A stretch of DNA of 64,000 bases from Verrucomicrobiales bacterium (GTDB lineage Bacteria > Verrucomicrobiota > Verrucomicrobiia > Verrucomicrobiales > V1-33). The DNA is taken from NCBI GenBank assembly GCA_031411295.1, contig JANOAV010000037.1, positions 1 through 64,000 of the forward strand, given 5' to 3'. The notes below the pieces were generated by a model. The model was not told the origin of the DNA. It made no database searches and worked only from the letters and a program-made list of their open reading frames with translations. A program made the position numbers and the translations under genes. Positions within the stretch are counted from its first letter, which is position 1, and every line of letters starts with the position of its first letter. Shown here piece after piece: positions 16,707-27,467 of the stretch.

Positions 16707-19700
16707 ATGTGTTCACGTGCTCATGTCTCGTTGGGGAGCGCCCGAAAATTTCGGGCGTTGTTGGCTTATCAGAAGATGCTTGGAGCTGCGCTTTGGCTGT
16801 GCCTGGGCGGGTTGGGCTTCGCGATGACGGCTAATCCGAATCTGGTGGAGGTGAAGCAACCGGACGGGGCGGGCATTTCGCTGCGGATGCGGGGCGATGA
16901 ATATTTCCATTGGCTGGAAGACGTCAAGGGCTACACCGTGATGCAGGACAAGGCGGGGAAATATGTTTATGCGCAGTTGGCGCAGGATGGAACCCTGGCT
17001 GCCACTGAGTTGGTCGTGGGGCGGGCGGCTCCAGACGCCGCAGGACTTAAAAAGGGGCTTCAGGTGCCGAAAACCGTTCAAGTGCAGCAGTCGGCTGCGC
17101 TGAGGCAGTCCATGACCAGCCAAGCCGTGGATGGGCCGCAGCGCATTAATCCCACCGGAACTGTCAAAAACCTCGTGGTGCTCTGTCGTTTCTCGAATCA
17201 TACTGCGGCTCAGGGACGGACTCAGGCGGAGTATGACACCATGTTTAATACCGTGGGCGGTAGTCCGACCCTGGCCCCCACTGGCAGTGTGCGGGACTAT
17301 TACACGGAGGCTTCTTATGGCACGATGACGCTGCAAAGCACGGTGGTGGCATGGCTCACGCTGCCGCAAACGGAGGCTTATTATGCTGCTGGGAATGACG
17401 GCTTGGGCACGTATCCGCAGAATGCCCAGCGCATGGTGGAGGATGCGCTGAATTTGGTGGATCCGTTGGTAAATTTCACTCAGTTTGACCAGGATAATGA
17501 TGGATTCGTGGACGCCATCGATATTATCCATTCCGGCTATGCTGCGGAAACGGGTGGTGGTGGTGGTAACTGGATCTGGTCCCATAAGTGGGCGCTTCCT
17601 TCCAACTGGTCGAGCGCGGAGAACAATGGATCCGGGGTGCGGGTGAAGGTGCGGGATTACCATACGGAACCTGCCTTGTGGGGCACTTCCGGCACGGACA
17701 TTCTGCGGATTGGCGTGATCTGTCATGAAACGGGACATTTCTTCGGCCTGCCAGATCTGTATGATACGGATAACACCAGCGAGGGCATCGGTTCGTATTG
17801 TTTAATGGCGAATTCCTGGGGCTTTGATTTCACACAGCAACATCCTCCCCACTTCAGCGCTTGGTGTAAAATTCAGTTGGGCTGGGTAACGCCCACTGTG
17901 ATTAGTTCGGGAAATTTTACGGCCCCGCGGGTGGAGACGAATGCGACGATCTTCAAAATCACGAGTGGCTATCCAGCCGGAGAATATTTGCTAGTAGAGA
18001 ACCGACAACCCTTTGGCTTTGAGTCTAACATGCCGCAGGGTGGACTGTGCATCTGGCATGTGGACGAGGCGAAGTCGGGCAACACGAGCGAGGGGTTTCC
18101 CGGACAGGCCGGATGGCCGGGAAACAATAACCATTACAAAGTGGCTCTGTTACAGGCGGACGGTGCCTACAACATGGAGCATAATGTCAACCGGGGCGAT
18201 GCTGGGGATGTCTTTCGCAGTGGCGGGGTGGCTGCCATCTCGGATGCCACGGTGCCTTCGACGAATCGCTATCAAGGCGGCACGGTGGCGGCCTCGGGTA
18301 ATCGGATCGAGTCCATCAGTGTTTCCGGCGCGTCCATGACATTTACCTTAAATCCTGCGGCCACCGATCCACCAGTCATCACGAGTCCGCTCACCGCGGC
18401 AGGGAATACGGGAGCCACCTTCACTTACCAAATTACAGCCACCAACGGCCCGACATCGTTCTCGGCCACGGGATTGCCTGCTGGCCTGACGTTCACTGCC
18501 GGCACCGGAATTATCACGGGTTCGCCAACCGTGGCTGGCACCTCGAATATCACGCTCGGGGCTACGAATGGGATTGGCACCGGCAACGCCACGTTAGTGT
18601 TGACGATAACGGATCTCAACACCGGCTTGGCTAACGCGTTGGACACACCGGGCCGAAGTTTCACGATCAGCGGCAACGCGAATTGGTTTCCCCAGACCGC
18701 CACGACACATGATGGCGTGGATGCGATTCAGTCAGGGGACATCACAGACAGTCAGGCCAGCACCGTTGAAACGGTGATTACTGGACCAGCCAACGTTTCC
18801 TGGCGGACGAAGGTGTCGTCGGAGAGTTCATATGATTTCCTGAAGGTCTTTTTGGACAATGTGCAGCAGCTCTCGATTAGCGGAGAGGTTGACTGGACGC
18901 TGCAAACCCTGGCTATTCCTACCGGGGCGCACACGCTGCGGTGGAGTTACACGAAGGATGGTTCTGTTAGTAGCGGGGGCGATGCAGGTTGGGTGGACGA
19001 GCTTACGATCACGCCGATCACCCTGCCGCCAGTAATTTCTAGTGCCTCTGCGGTGGCGGGCTATATGGGCTTGGCGGTAAATTATCAGATCACAGCCACG
19101 AATGCCCCCAGTTCTTATGGAGCCACTGGCCTGCCCGCTTGGCTCACCATTACTCCTACCACAGGGCTGGTGTCAGGCACGCCCCCTGCTCCCGCTACGG
19201 TTCAATTCACCGTCTCCGCAACCAATAGCCAGGGCACTGGATCTCAATTGGTTACCCTGACCGTCACTGATCCGAGTGCCTCGCTGCCAGAAGCGCTTGA
19301 CGCCCCAGGCCTCACTTTCACAGCCAGCGGGGAAGCTCCGTGGTCGAAGCAGACGACGGTGACGTATGATGGCAGTGATGCTGCCATCAGTGGAGTCGTG
19401 ACGAATGATCAGTCGAGCACGATGCAGACCACGGTCACTGGTCCCGGCACCGTGGCCTTTGTCTGGAAGGTGTCCTCAGAAAGTGGCTATGATTTCCTAC
19501 GTTTCAAGGTGGACGGTGCATTGGTTAGCGAAATCAGCGGAGAGCAGGATTGGGTGGTCCTAACGCAAGTCATTACTGCTGGCACCCACGTGCTGAGCTG
19601 GACCTATTCCAAGGACGGTTCTGCGGCGGAGGGGCAGGACACGGCCTGGGTGGACACGCTAACCGCAGGCGTTCCTGTGATCACCAGCGCGCTGAGCGCC

Positions 19701-22700
19701 ACTGGCCGCGTGGCGGAGGCTTTCGTCTATCAAATGATCGCCACTGGCAATCCTACCGCTTTCAGTGCTGCCGGATTACCCTCTGGACTAGCAATCGTGC
19801 CCGCTACAGGGATTATCAACGGCACGCCGACAGTCGATGGCATTTCCTCTGTCACGCTGAGTGCTACGAATTCGTTCGGCACGGGCACGGCCACACTCCA
19901 GTTAGTAGTGAATCCGCCGATTGTAGGTCGCCAGGTATTAGTGGGCTGGAACCACGTCTGGAAATGTTTCCAGCCAATGGGAACGTTCCCAGCGGCAGCG
20001 GGCAATTTCACCACCACCTGGTTCGCTCCCGAGAGCACGTTTACCAGCACCTACACCGGCCCGACCTTCGGAGCGACTCCATCCATATTGGGCACTCCGG
20101 CCACACGGGACTCGTATGATTCCCTCAGTGGAAACGGACCCTTCGGTTACGGAACCATTGATTATTTCCCCTTAGGTGCTTCAGAATTCACGGCGTTCGG
20201 CACGGCTCTAACTACACCGGATTCTGGATTCCGGGGCACGGCTTATTTCCGCACCACGTTTAATATTCCAGGCAATGCTTTGGTGAAGCCCAGCCTGCGT
20301 TACCTCATTGATGACGGGGCCTTCCTCTATCTGGACGGGCAGCTAGTCTGCACCATCAACATGCCTGCCGGAGCCACTGACACGTATGCCCAATTGGCGG
20401 CCAACGCGATTAACACCGAGACTTTCATTTACACGGTGGACCCAGCATTTACCGGGGCCGTGGCAGGCGGAAATGCTGTGATGCTCCAGGCGATAACCTC
20501 GCTGGCCACAGGACCGCATACCCTGGCAATATCGGTGCGGAATAATTCACTAACCAGCACAGATATGGTCATGGCCTTGGAACTCACGGCGGAAAACGGG
20601 GCTCCGGTTCCCGAGATTTCGGTGACCGGAGGAGCGAGCGGAACCGTGAACATTGCCAGTGGAGAAACGGTGCCTAACGTCACTAACGGAACAGACTTCG
20701 GCACGCGTGCCACTGGAGCAGGTCCGCTGGATACCATCTTCCACGTATTTAACTCCGGCAGTTCTGCGCTCAACCTTGGCACCATAACGAGCAGCGGGGC
20801 CCGCTTCACGATTCTACCGGGTTATGCTTCGGTGGTGGCGGCCGGTGCCAATATCCCTGTCACGGTTCGCTTTACGCCGCAAGTAGGGACGTTTACTGGC
20901 ACCATCAGCATCCCCAGTAACGACAGCGACGAGAACCCTTTTACGTTCAATGTAACCGGGATTGGAGTGAGCGGAGCGGCCCGACAAACGGTGGTGCCTT
21001 GGAATCACGTGTGGAAATATTACCATCCCATGGGCGCACTTCCTGCCAGCCCGGGTAATTTCCTGACCACTTGGTTCCTGAGTGAAGCGAACTTTACCTC
21101 CACTTACACGGGACCCACCTTCGGGGCGGTTCCCAGTGTAACGGGCAATACCGCCACCACGACCACTTATGATAGCGGAGTGGGTCCGGGCCCGTTGGGC
21201 TATGACGTGATCGATTACATGGCCGTGGGCGGAGCGGAGTTCACCGCGCTCGGGACCACCCTGACCACTCCGCTAACTGCCAACCGTCGCACCGCATATT
21301 TCCGCACCACTTTCACGGTGCCGGCCGGTGGACTCGTCAAGCCTCAACTCCGCTACCTGATGGACGATGGCGGCTTCATTTATCTGGACGGAGCCCTCCT
21401 CTGCACAGTGAATATGGCCTCTGGGGTGACCGATACCTACACCCAGCTAGCTGCTAATTCGACGACCACGGAAGCCTCCCTCCGCACCGTTGATCTCCGC
21501 ACCGCTGGTGCTGTATCCGGTGGAAATGCCGTGGTCAATGCCGCCTTGAATTTCCTCGCCCCGGGAGTTCACACGCTGGCTGTATCCTGTCGCAGTAATG
21601 CCACGAACAGCAGTGATCTCTGCCTGGCCTTGGAACTCACCGCAGAACCGGGCTGCGCCATCTCCGCCACCGCCGCCAACGTGGTTCGCAATGATGGCGG
21701 TAATACTAACGGAGCGGACGATACCATTTCCTTCACCATCACGGCCACGGGCCTTAACACGGGAGTCAACTGGACCAGCCCCACGGCCAACACCACGGGC
21801 GGCTACGGTGTGCCAGTGAGCTTCACTGGCATCCCGGTGGGTAATCCTCCTGCCCCGGTGATCATCACCCTGACGGATAGTCTGGATACCACCTGTCAGA
21901 CCACCGTTACCATTCCCCTGCCACCGGTGGTAGGGCGAAATCTCATTTCCGGCGGCACCCTGATTTTTGATAGTCGATCCGCGCTAGCTGGGGTCACGTA
22001 TGATGAAGTCACGCCCACCGTAACCGTAAACCAAGCCAGCATCACCCCGCAAACTCAGTTGCTAACTCTCGCTGGAGTGACGGGTGCGGTGCGGATTGCG
22101 CTGGATCTAACGGCTGCCGAAACCAGCACGACCAGCAATTTTGAAACAAACGACCTGTTCCAAGTCACCCTTATCCTGAATCCCGGGTCCACCCAGACCA
22201 CCGTCAACCTGCTGGGCTTAGCGGATCGTAACGCAGATGGGTTCCTCAACGGCTTCACTGGAACCACCCAGCAGCCCTACGATTCCTTCCCGAACCGGGA
22301 TGAATTCAATTTCCAAAACTTGCTCCAGGCAGGACTCATCAACCACACCTTCCATTTCGAAGGCACCATCCCGGATAGCGTCACGAGCGCTCGCGTGCTC
22401 ATCACGATGACCAACGATTCCGCCACGGAAACCTTCACCCTGTCAAATTTCACCCTTAGTGTGCCCGTCAACCCTGATACAGATAACGACGGCCTGGATG
22501 ATTCCTGGGAGCGCGCCTGGTTCGGGGATCTCTCGCGAACCGGCAGTGGCGATTCCGATGCAGACGGTGCCACGAACCTTCAGGAATCGCTCGCAGGCAC
22601 GCGACCGAACGATCCGGCCTCCCAACTAACCATGCAAAGCGTGTCCACTGTGGGCAATACCCAGACCTTGCTCATCAACACCGTCCCCGGCCGCCGCTAC

Positions 22701-22847
22701 CGCGTAGAAACCTCCGCCAGCCTATCCGCTGCCGATTGGATTCCCCAAGGCAGCGTCTTTACCGCCACCGCACCCACTACCACTCGGACGCTCACGCTTC
22801 CCGCAGCCAGCCGGGTCTTCGTGCGCGCCTCCGCAGTGTATCCCTAG
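16707..22847 (+). CDS. large secreted M6-family (immune inhibitor A-like) metalloprotease with Ig-like and repeated accessory domains; start may be 16776
   Basis: GVICHETGHFFGLPDLYD, EYLLVENRQ, three He_PIG-like repeats (YQITAT...GLP), IPSNDSDENPF, and C-terminal DTDNDGLDDSWE. Confidence 0.9.
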   Translation: MCSRAHVSLGSARKFRALLAYQKMLGAALWLCLGGLGFAMTANPNLVEVKQPDGAGISLRMRGDEYFHWLEDVKGYTVMQDKAGKYVYAQLAQDGTLAATELVVGRAAPDAAGLKKGLQVPKTVQVQQSAALRQSMTSQAVDGPQRINPTGTVKNLVVLCRFSNHTAAQGRTQAEYDTMFNTVGGSPTLAPTGSVRDYYTEASYGTMTLQSTVVAWLTLPQTEAYYAAGNDGLGTYPQNAQRMVEDALNLVDPLVNFTQFDQDNDGFVDAIDIIHSGYAAETGGGGGNWIWSHKWALPSNWSSAENNGSGVRVKVRDYHTEPALWGTSGTDILRIGVICHETGHFFGLPDLYDTDNTSEGIGSYCLMANSWGFDFTQQHPPHFSAWCKIQLGWVTPTVISSGNFTAPRVETNATIFKITSGYPAGEYLLVENRQPFGFESNMPQGGLCIWHVDEAKSGNTSEGFPGQAGWPGNNNHYKVALLQADGAYNMEHNVNRGDAGDVFRSGGVAAISDATVPSTNRYQGGTVAASGNRIESISVSGASMTFTLNPAATDPPVITSPLTAAGNTGATFTYQITATNGPTSFSATGLPAGLTFTAGTGIITGSPTVAGTSNITLGATNGIGTGNATLVLTITDLNTGLANALDTPGRSFTISGNANWFPQTATTHDGVDAIQSGDITDSQASTVETVITGPANVSWRTKVSSESSYDFLKVFLDNVQQLSISGEVDWTLQTLAIPTGAHTLRWSYTKDGSVSSGGDAGWVDELTITPITLPPVISSASAVAGYMGLAVNYQITATNAPSSYGATGLPAWLTITPTTGLVSGTPPAPATVQFTVSATNSQGTGSQLVTLTVTDPSASLPEALDAPGLTFTASGEAPWSKQTTVTYDGSDAAISGVVTNDQSSTMQTTVTGPGTVAFVWKVSSESGYDFLRFKVDGALVSEISGEQDWVVLTQVITAGTHVLSWTYSKDGSAAEGQDTAWVDTLTAGVPVITSALSATGRVAEAFVYQMIATGNPTAFSAAGLPSGLAIVPATGIINGTPTVDGISSVTLSATNSFGTGTATLQLVVNPPIVGRQVLVGWNHVWKCFQPMGTFPAAAGNFTTTWFAPESTFTSTYTGPTFGATPSILGTPATRDSYDSLSGNGPFGYGTIDYFPLGASEFTAFGTALTTPDSGFRGTAYFRTTFNIPGNALVKPSLRYLIDDGAFLYLDGQLVCTINMPAGATDTYAQLAANAINTETFIYTVDPAFTGAVAGGNAVMLQAITSLATGPHTLAISVRNNSLTSTDMVMALELTAENGAPVPEISVTGGASGTVNIASGETVPNVTNGTDFGTRATGAGPLDTIFHVFNSGSSALNLGTITSSGARFTILPGYASVVAAGANIPVTVRFTPQVGTFTGTISIPSNDSDENPFTFNVTGIGVSGAARQTVVPWNHVWKYYHPMGALPASPGNFLTTWFLSEANFTSTYTGPTFGAVPSVTGNTATTTTYDSGVGPGPLGYDVIDYMAVGGAEFTALGTTLTTPLTANRRTAYFRTTFTVPAGGLVKPQLRYLMDDGGFIYLDGALLCTVNMASGVTDTYTQLAANSTTTEASLRTVDLRTAGAVSGGNAVVNAALNFLAPGVHTLAVSCRSNATNSSDLCLALELTAEPGCAISATAANVVRNDGGNTNGADDTISFTITATGLNTGVNWTSPTANTTGGYGVPVSFTGIPVGNPPAPVIITLTDSLDTTCQTTVTIPLPPVVGRNLISGGTLIFDSRSALAGVTYDEVTPTVTVNQASITPQTQLLTLAGVTGAVRIALDLTAAETSTTSNFETNDLFQVTLILNPGSTQTTVNLLGLADRNADGFLNGFTGTTQQPYDSFPNRDEFNFQNLLQAGLINHTFHFEGTIPDSVTSARVLITMTNDSATETFTLSNFTLSVPVNPDTDNDGLDDSWERAWFGDLSRTGSGDSDADGATNLQESLAGTRPNDPASQLTMQSVSTVGNTQTLLINTVPGRRYRVETSASLSAADWIPQGSVFTATAPTTTRTLTLPAASRVFVRASAVYP

Positions 22848-22854
22848 TGACAAC

Positions 22855-23832
22855 TCACGGCACCGGAATGCGGCTTACGAGGCGCTCCAGAATCATTTCA
22901 CTGGAAATGCCTTCTGCCTCGGCTTCGTAGGTGACGAGCACGCGGTGGCGCAACACGTCGGGGACGAGGTCCTTGATGTCCTGCGGGGTCACGTAAGTGC
23001 GACCATCCAGATAGGCCAGGGCTTTGGCGGCCAGGGTTAGGTTAATCGTGCCCCGGGGGCTGGCTCCACAGCGGATGAGATGCTTGACGTCTGGCAGATA
23101 GGCTTCCGGCTCCCGCGTGGCGTAGATGAGTTCCACGATGTAATCTTTCACCCGGTCATCCACGTGAATGTCGTTCACCACTTCGCGACTGGCCTTGATG
23201 GCTTCCGGGCTGGTGCTGGCGCTGGTGGTGAGCTTGGGGGAGGACGTGGCCATGAGGTCCAAGATCTGCCGCTCTTCGATCCTCGTTGGGTAGTTCACCT
23301 TAATTTTCAGGAGGAAACGATCCAACTGCGCTTCGGGAAGTTGATAGGTGCCTTCCTGATCGATGGGGTTCATGGTGGCCATGACGAGGAAAGGATCTGG
23401 CAGAGGATGGGTCGTTTCCGCCAGTGTCACTTGACGCTCCTGCATCGCTTCCAGCAGGGCGCTTTGGACTTTGGCTGGGGAGCGATTGATTTCATCAGCC
23501 AGAATGAGATTGGCGAAAATGGGGCCGAGCTTCGGCTTGAATGCGCCATCGCTGGGGCTGTAAATCAGGGTGCCCAGCAAGTCGGCCGGGAGCAGGTCGG
23601 GGGTAAACTGGAAGCGCTTGAAACTGACGTTTAAACATCCCGCCAAGGCCTTCACGGTTAAGGTCTTGGCCAAGCCGGGCACGCCTTCCAGCAGAATGTG
23701 GCCATTGGTCAGCAGGGCCACGAACACCCGGTCGATGAGAGCTTCCTGACCGATGAGGATGCGGTGCATTTCTTTGCGGACCAGGGGCACCCAGGCATTG
23801 GTGGAGGCGATGCGTTCTTGAAGTTCAGACAT
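22855..23832 (-). CDS. MoxR-family AAA+ ATPase
   Basis: LLEGVPGLAKT, FTPDLLPAD, LADEINR, LLEAMQE, EGTYQLPEAQLDRF, GASPR. Confidence 0.95.
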   Translation of the reverse strand: MSELQERIASTNAWVPLVRKEMHRILIGQEALIDRVFVALLTNGHILLEGVPGLAKTLTVKALAGCLNVSFKRFQFTPDLLPADLLGTLIYSPSDGAFKPKLGPIFANLILADEINRSPAKVQSALLEAMQERQVTLAETTHPLPDPFLVMATMNPIDQEGTYQLPEAQLDRFLLKIKVNYPTRIEERQILDLMATSSPKLTTSASTSPEAIKASREVVNDIHVDDRVKDYIVELIYATREPEAYLPDVKHLIRCGASPRGTINLTLAAKALAYLDGRTYVTPQDIKDLVPDVLRHRVLVTYEAEAEGISSEMILERLVSRIPVP

Positions 23833-24059
23833 GGGGGAAGAGAAGGGAGGATAAGAAAATAAAAAGGGAGGGCTTGGAGGCGGTCACAGATGAGCGCTGC
23901 GGGAACTGAAATTTTCCTGAGAAAATATCATCCGCAGCCAAATCGTGGATTTAATAGCTGCGGACTTTAGGAGGTCCAAGGCAGTTGGCAATGCGGAAAA
24001 TGAGGCGTTGCGTAATCTGGCGCACCGACGATACGAGGGCCGTCGTTCCTCCATTTTCC

Positions 24060-24905
24060 ATGAAATTCTCCGTCTCCTGTTCTTTCGAATACCATCTCAC
24101 CGCGCCCGAGACCCTCGTGCTTAACATTCGACCATCCGAGGGGTTGGGGCAGACAGTGTTGCAGGAACGCTTCACGGTTTTGCCAGGATTGGACCACTGT
24201 TTACTCACCTGTGGCCCCACGGGGACCAGATTCGATCGGCTCCATACTGCCCAATCGGGACTTTACACCATCGACTACGAGGCCGTGGTGGAAACGAGGA
24301 CGTCAAAATTCAGGGCGATGGAACTGGTGGACCACGGACCGGAGTCCTTTGACGTTTCCCTGTTCGGTTATCTGTATCCGAGTCGGTATTGTCAGTGTGA
24401 TCGGTTGGGGAATGTGGCCCATGATCTATTTGGAAACGTCACCAATGCCGAGGAAAAAGTGCGTGCGGTGGTGGCGTGGCTTTCAAGTCGATTGGCTTAC
24501 ATTGGCGGCACCACGAACAGCAGCACCTCGGCGGTGGATACGGTGCTGGAGCGCGTGGGGGTATGCCGTGATTTTGCGCACCTTGGGATCGCCCTGTGCC
24601 GGGCGCTGAATATTCCGGCCCGCTATGTCACTGGTTACGCCCATCAAGTCCAGCCGCCTGATTTCCATGCGTGCTTCGAGACGTGGATCGGTGGGCAATG
24701 GCTCTTCTGGGATGCCACCGGCCTGGCTTCCCCGGACGGTTTTGTGCGCATCGGAACCGGACGGGATGCGGCGGATTGCGCCATCTGCACGTCGTTCGGA
24801 ATCCTGCAGTTGCAGAGCCAGCATGTCACCTGCAAGGCCATGGAGGAGACGTATCAGAAAATGAGCGCTGCGGAATTGGCCGCAGAGTCAGTCTGCTTGG
24901 GCTGA
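24060..24905 (+). CDS. transglutaminase-like family protein
   Basis: YLYPSRYC, GVCRDFAHL, IPARYVTGY, DFHA, WDAT, GTGRDAAD. Confidence 0.92.
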   Translation: MKFSVSCSFEYHLTAPETLVLNIRPSEGLGQTVLQERFTVLPGLDHCLLTCGPTGTRFDRLHTAQSGLYTIDYEAVVETRTSKFRAMELVDHGPESFDVSLFGYLYPSRYCQCDRLGNVAHDLFGNVTNAEEKVRAVVAWLSSRLAYIGGTTNSSTSAVDTVLERVGVCRDFAHLGIALCRALNIPARYVTGYAHQVQPPDFHACFETWIGGQWLFWDATGLASPDGFVRIGTGRDAADCAICTSFGILQLQSQHVTCKAMEETYQKMSAAELAAESVCLG

Positions 24906-24921
24906 GTGATGGCGGGTGCCG

Positions 24922-25419
24922 TTAAGCTACATCCAATTGATCTGGAAACTCTGGACAGAGGACGGACTTACTCACTGACTGTGGAGCGCTCTCAGCCGTA
25001 AAGAATTCGAACTTCCCGGCTTCATCACAGAGCCAGACTTCTTGGGCTCCTTTTGCATAATAGAGCTGCATTTTTTCCAACATTTCCTCCCGATCGTTGC
25101 AGGGCGAAATGATTTCTACACAGATCTCCGGAGCGACCGTGAGGGCTACGGATCGCTTTTGGGGCAGCCATCGCTCGCGACTCATCCATGCCACATCTGC
25201 CACGCGCACCCCTTCGCTCGTGCGCACCGGACATTCGGTAAACGTCTCACCGCCTTTGATCAGGGTGTGGAGTAAAATCGTGATCTTTGACTCGTAATTG
25301 CCGTGCCAAGAGGAAGCCGGACTCATAATGATTTTGCTATGACGGTTGGTCTCAATTTTATAGGGCAGATCCCGCAGGGAGCGGTCTGCCAAAATGTCTT
25401 CCCAAGTGAGTGTATTCAT
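24922..25419 (-). CDS. Uma2-family (DUF820) putative endonuclease
   Basis: MSPAS...H, VADVAW, APEICVEIISP, YYAKGAQEVWL. Confidence 0.9.
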   Translation of the reverse strand: MNTLTWEDILADRSLRDLPYKIETNRHSKIIMSPASSWHGNYESKITILLHTLIKGGETFTECPVRTSEGVRVADVAWMSRERWLPQKRSVALTVAPEICVEIISPCNDREEMLEKMQLYYAKGAQEVWLCDEAGKFEFFTAESAPQSVSKSVLCPEFPDQLDVA

Positions 25420-25458
25420 AATGGGAGATAGCACAGTGCGCCCGCCACTTCAAAGGGT

Positions 25459-27291
25459 TTAATCCTCCACCATCACCATGTCTGAGGTGGTTACGCTGAC
25501 GACTTCTTCCAGCGTCGTTTCCCCTTCCAGCACCTTGTGCAGGCCGTAATCGCGCATTTGGATGAATCCTTCCTTGAGCGCGCGTTCCTTCAATTCCTTT
25601 TCCGAGGCGCGTTTCACGATGAGGTCCTGGATGCCCTTGGTGACCACCGCCACTTCATAAATGGCGAGCCGTCCGTAGAATCCGGTGTGGTTGCAGTGAT
25701 CACAACCTCTCGGTTTGGCTTCGTAAACTCGATTGGCTTCGGGGCCAGTGTAGCCCAGTTCAACCAGCGTGGCCATAGTGATGTCATGCGGCACGCGGCA
25801 TTTCTGACAGAGGCGACGCACCAGACGTTGCGCCAGGAAGCATCGCACGGAAGCGGACACCAGAAACGGTTCCACGCCCATATCGACGAGACGAGTAATG
25901 CCGGCAATGGCGTCGTTGGTATGCAGCGTGCTGAACACCAAGTGACCGGTGAGAGCGGCCCGGATGGCGATTTCTGCCGTTTCCAAATCCCGCATTTCCC
26001 CGACCATTACGATGTCCGGGTCCGCCCGTAAAATACTGCGCAATCCACTGGCGAAGGTGAGCCCGATCTCGGATTTCACGGCAATCTGCATCACGCCCTC
26101 GATCTTGTTTTCCACGGGATCCTCCACCGTCACGATGCGGGTGTCCGTGGTGTTCAGTTCGCTGAGGAACGTGTAGAGGCTCGTGGATTTACCGGAACCG
26201 GTAGGGCCGGTGATGAGGATGATTCCGTTGCTCAGTTTGAGCATGGTGTTGATAATCTTCCGCTGGGCAGGCAGCAGGCCCAGCTTGTCCAAGTTAAATT
26301 TCTGTTGGTTCAGCAAACGCAGCGCCACGCTCTCGCCCTGCACGGTGGGGATGGTCGCGACCCGGACGTCGATGCCCACGCCTTCGAGTTCCAGGGAAAT
26401 ACGACCATCCTGCGGCAGGCGTCGTTCCGCAATGTCCAAGCGGCTCATGATCTTGAGACGCGCGATCACCATGGACTGAAGTTGATTAATATTTTCTGGC
26501 ACTGGCACATCCACGAGCAATCCGTCAATGCGATAACGGATGCGCAGATTGTTATCCAGCGGCTCCACGTGAATATCCGTGGCGCGCTGTTGCAGGGCTT
26601 GACGGATGATGGCGTTGACGAATTTCACCACGCTGGCTTCTTCATCGTCTTCGTCCAGCACCGTCGTTTCCTCTTGGAGGTCCATCGCGCTGTTCTCGGA
26701 CATATCGCGTCCCCGTAAAATGGCATCAAACGTGTCCGCACCCACCCCGTAAAGTTTCTGAATGGAGGCCAGCAAGCGCGTGCGGGAAGCCATGTGCCAT
26801 ACGATGGGGTAGGGGATCCCTTGACTGACCGCCTGCCGTGCTTGCAAATTAAATGGATCGTAAGTCACCAGCGCCAACCGGAGTTTCCCATCGGTGTGCA
26901 CGGGGGCCAGGGTGTTCACTGGGGCTAGTGGATCGATCTCGACTTCGACGGCTTCCTCGCCTTCTTCCAGGGCGATGCCGGGGTCGCTCTCGCCAAACCA
27001 CAGGGGCAGCAACCGATGGCGTAGGGCAATCTGCGCAGAACAAATTTCCTTCAGCTTGCGGGAATTCCGCGGCTTAAGGTCGGACTCCCATGGCAGCTTC
27101 ATCCGATGGGCCAAGGCCTCCATGAACTCCTCCTCCACCAGTTGCTTGGAATCGATCAGATCCTCTACCACCGAGCGTTGGCCCTTGACGGAGTCGTCGA
27201 TGAGTCGCTGCACTGCGTCCATATCCTCCGCCTGCCCGTGCTGGGCAGATTCGATGAGGACTTGATTCATCCGTTTGGCTAAAGAGGACAT
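25459..27291 (-). CDS. GspE/PulE/PilB-family secretion ATPase
   Basis: ATDIHVEP, LDIAERRLPQDG, GPTGSGKST, TVEDPVE, GEMRDLET, STLHTND, two CxxC motifs. Start trimmed to MSSLAKR. Confidence 0.95.
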   Translation of the reverse strand: MSSLAKRMNQVLIESAQHGQAEDMDAVQRLIDDSVKGQRSVVEDLIDSKQLVEEEFMEALAHRMKLPWESDLKPRNSRKLKEICSAQIALRHRLLPLWFGESDPGIALEEGEEAVEVEIDPLAPVNTLAPVHTDGKLRLALVTYDPFNLQARQAVSQGIPYPIVWHMASRTRLLASIQKLYGVGADTFDAILRGRDMSENSAMDLQEETTVLDEDDEEASVVKFVNAIIRQALQQRATDIHVEPLDNNLRIRYRIDGLLVDVPVPENINQLQSMVIARLKIMSRLDIAERRLPQDGRISLELEGVGIDVRVATIPTVQGESVALRLLNQQKFNLDKLGLLPAQRKIINTMLKLSNGIILITGPTGSGKSTSLYTFLSELNTTDTRIVTVEDPVENKIEGVMQIAVKSEIGLTFASGLRSILRADPDIVMVGEMRDLETAEIAIRAALTGHLVFSTLHTNDAIAGITRLVDMGVEPFLVSASVRCFLAQRLVRRLCQKCRVPHDITMATLVELGYTGPEANRVYEAKPRGCDHCNHTGFYGRLAIYEVAVVTKGIQDLIVKRASEKELKERALKEGFIQMRDYGLHKVLEGETTLEEVVSVTTSDMVMVED

Positions 27292-27467
27292 AGAAGAGAT
27301 CTGGGTAAAAAAATTTCGGGTTGGAAAGGTCGGATACTGACACAGTTGGGCAACGATGCACGCGATTTCGACGCCAGATGATACGACCTTGCGGACGACC
27401 GGGGCGTTCAATCTTTGCTGCCGGGCCTGCAATTCTGGTAGTCCGCACAGTCCTTTGTGCGGACCGC

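Noticed and set aside
22855..24905. MoxR + transglutaminase as the MoxR/DUF58/TGase operon
   Set aside because: The genes are divergent, there is no DUF58 or VWA partner, and the transglutaminase is the small soluble type.
24922..25419. Uma2 nuclease as part of a defence system
   Set aside because: It is solitary, the family is commonly scattered in such genomes, and it has no defence neighbours.
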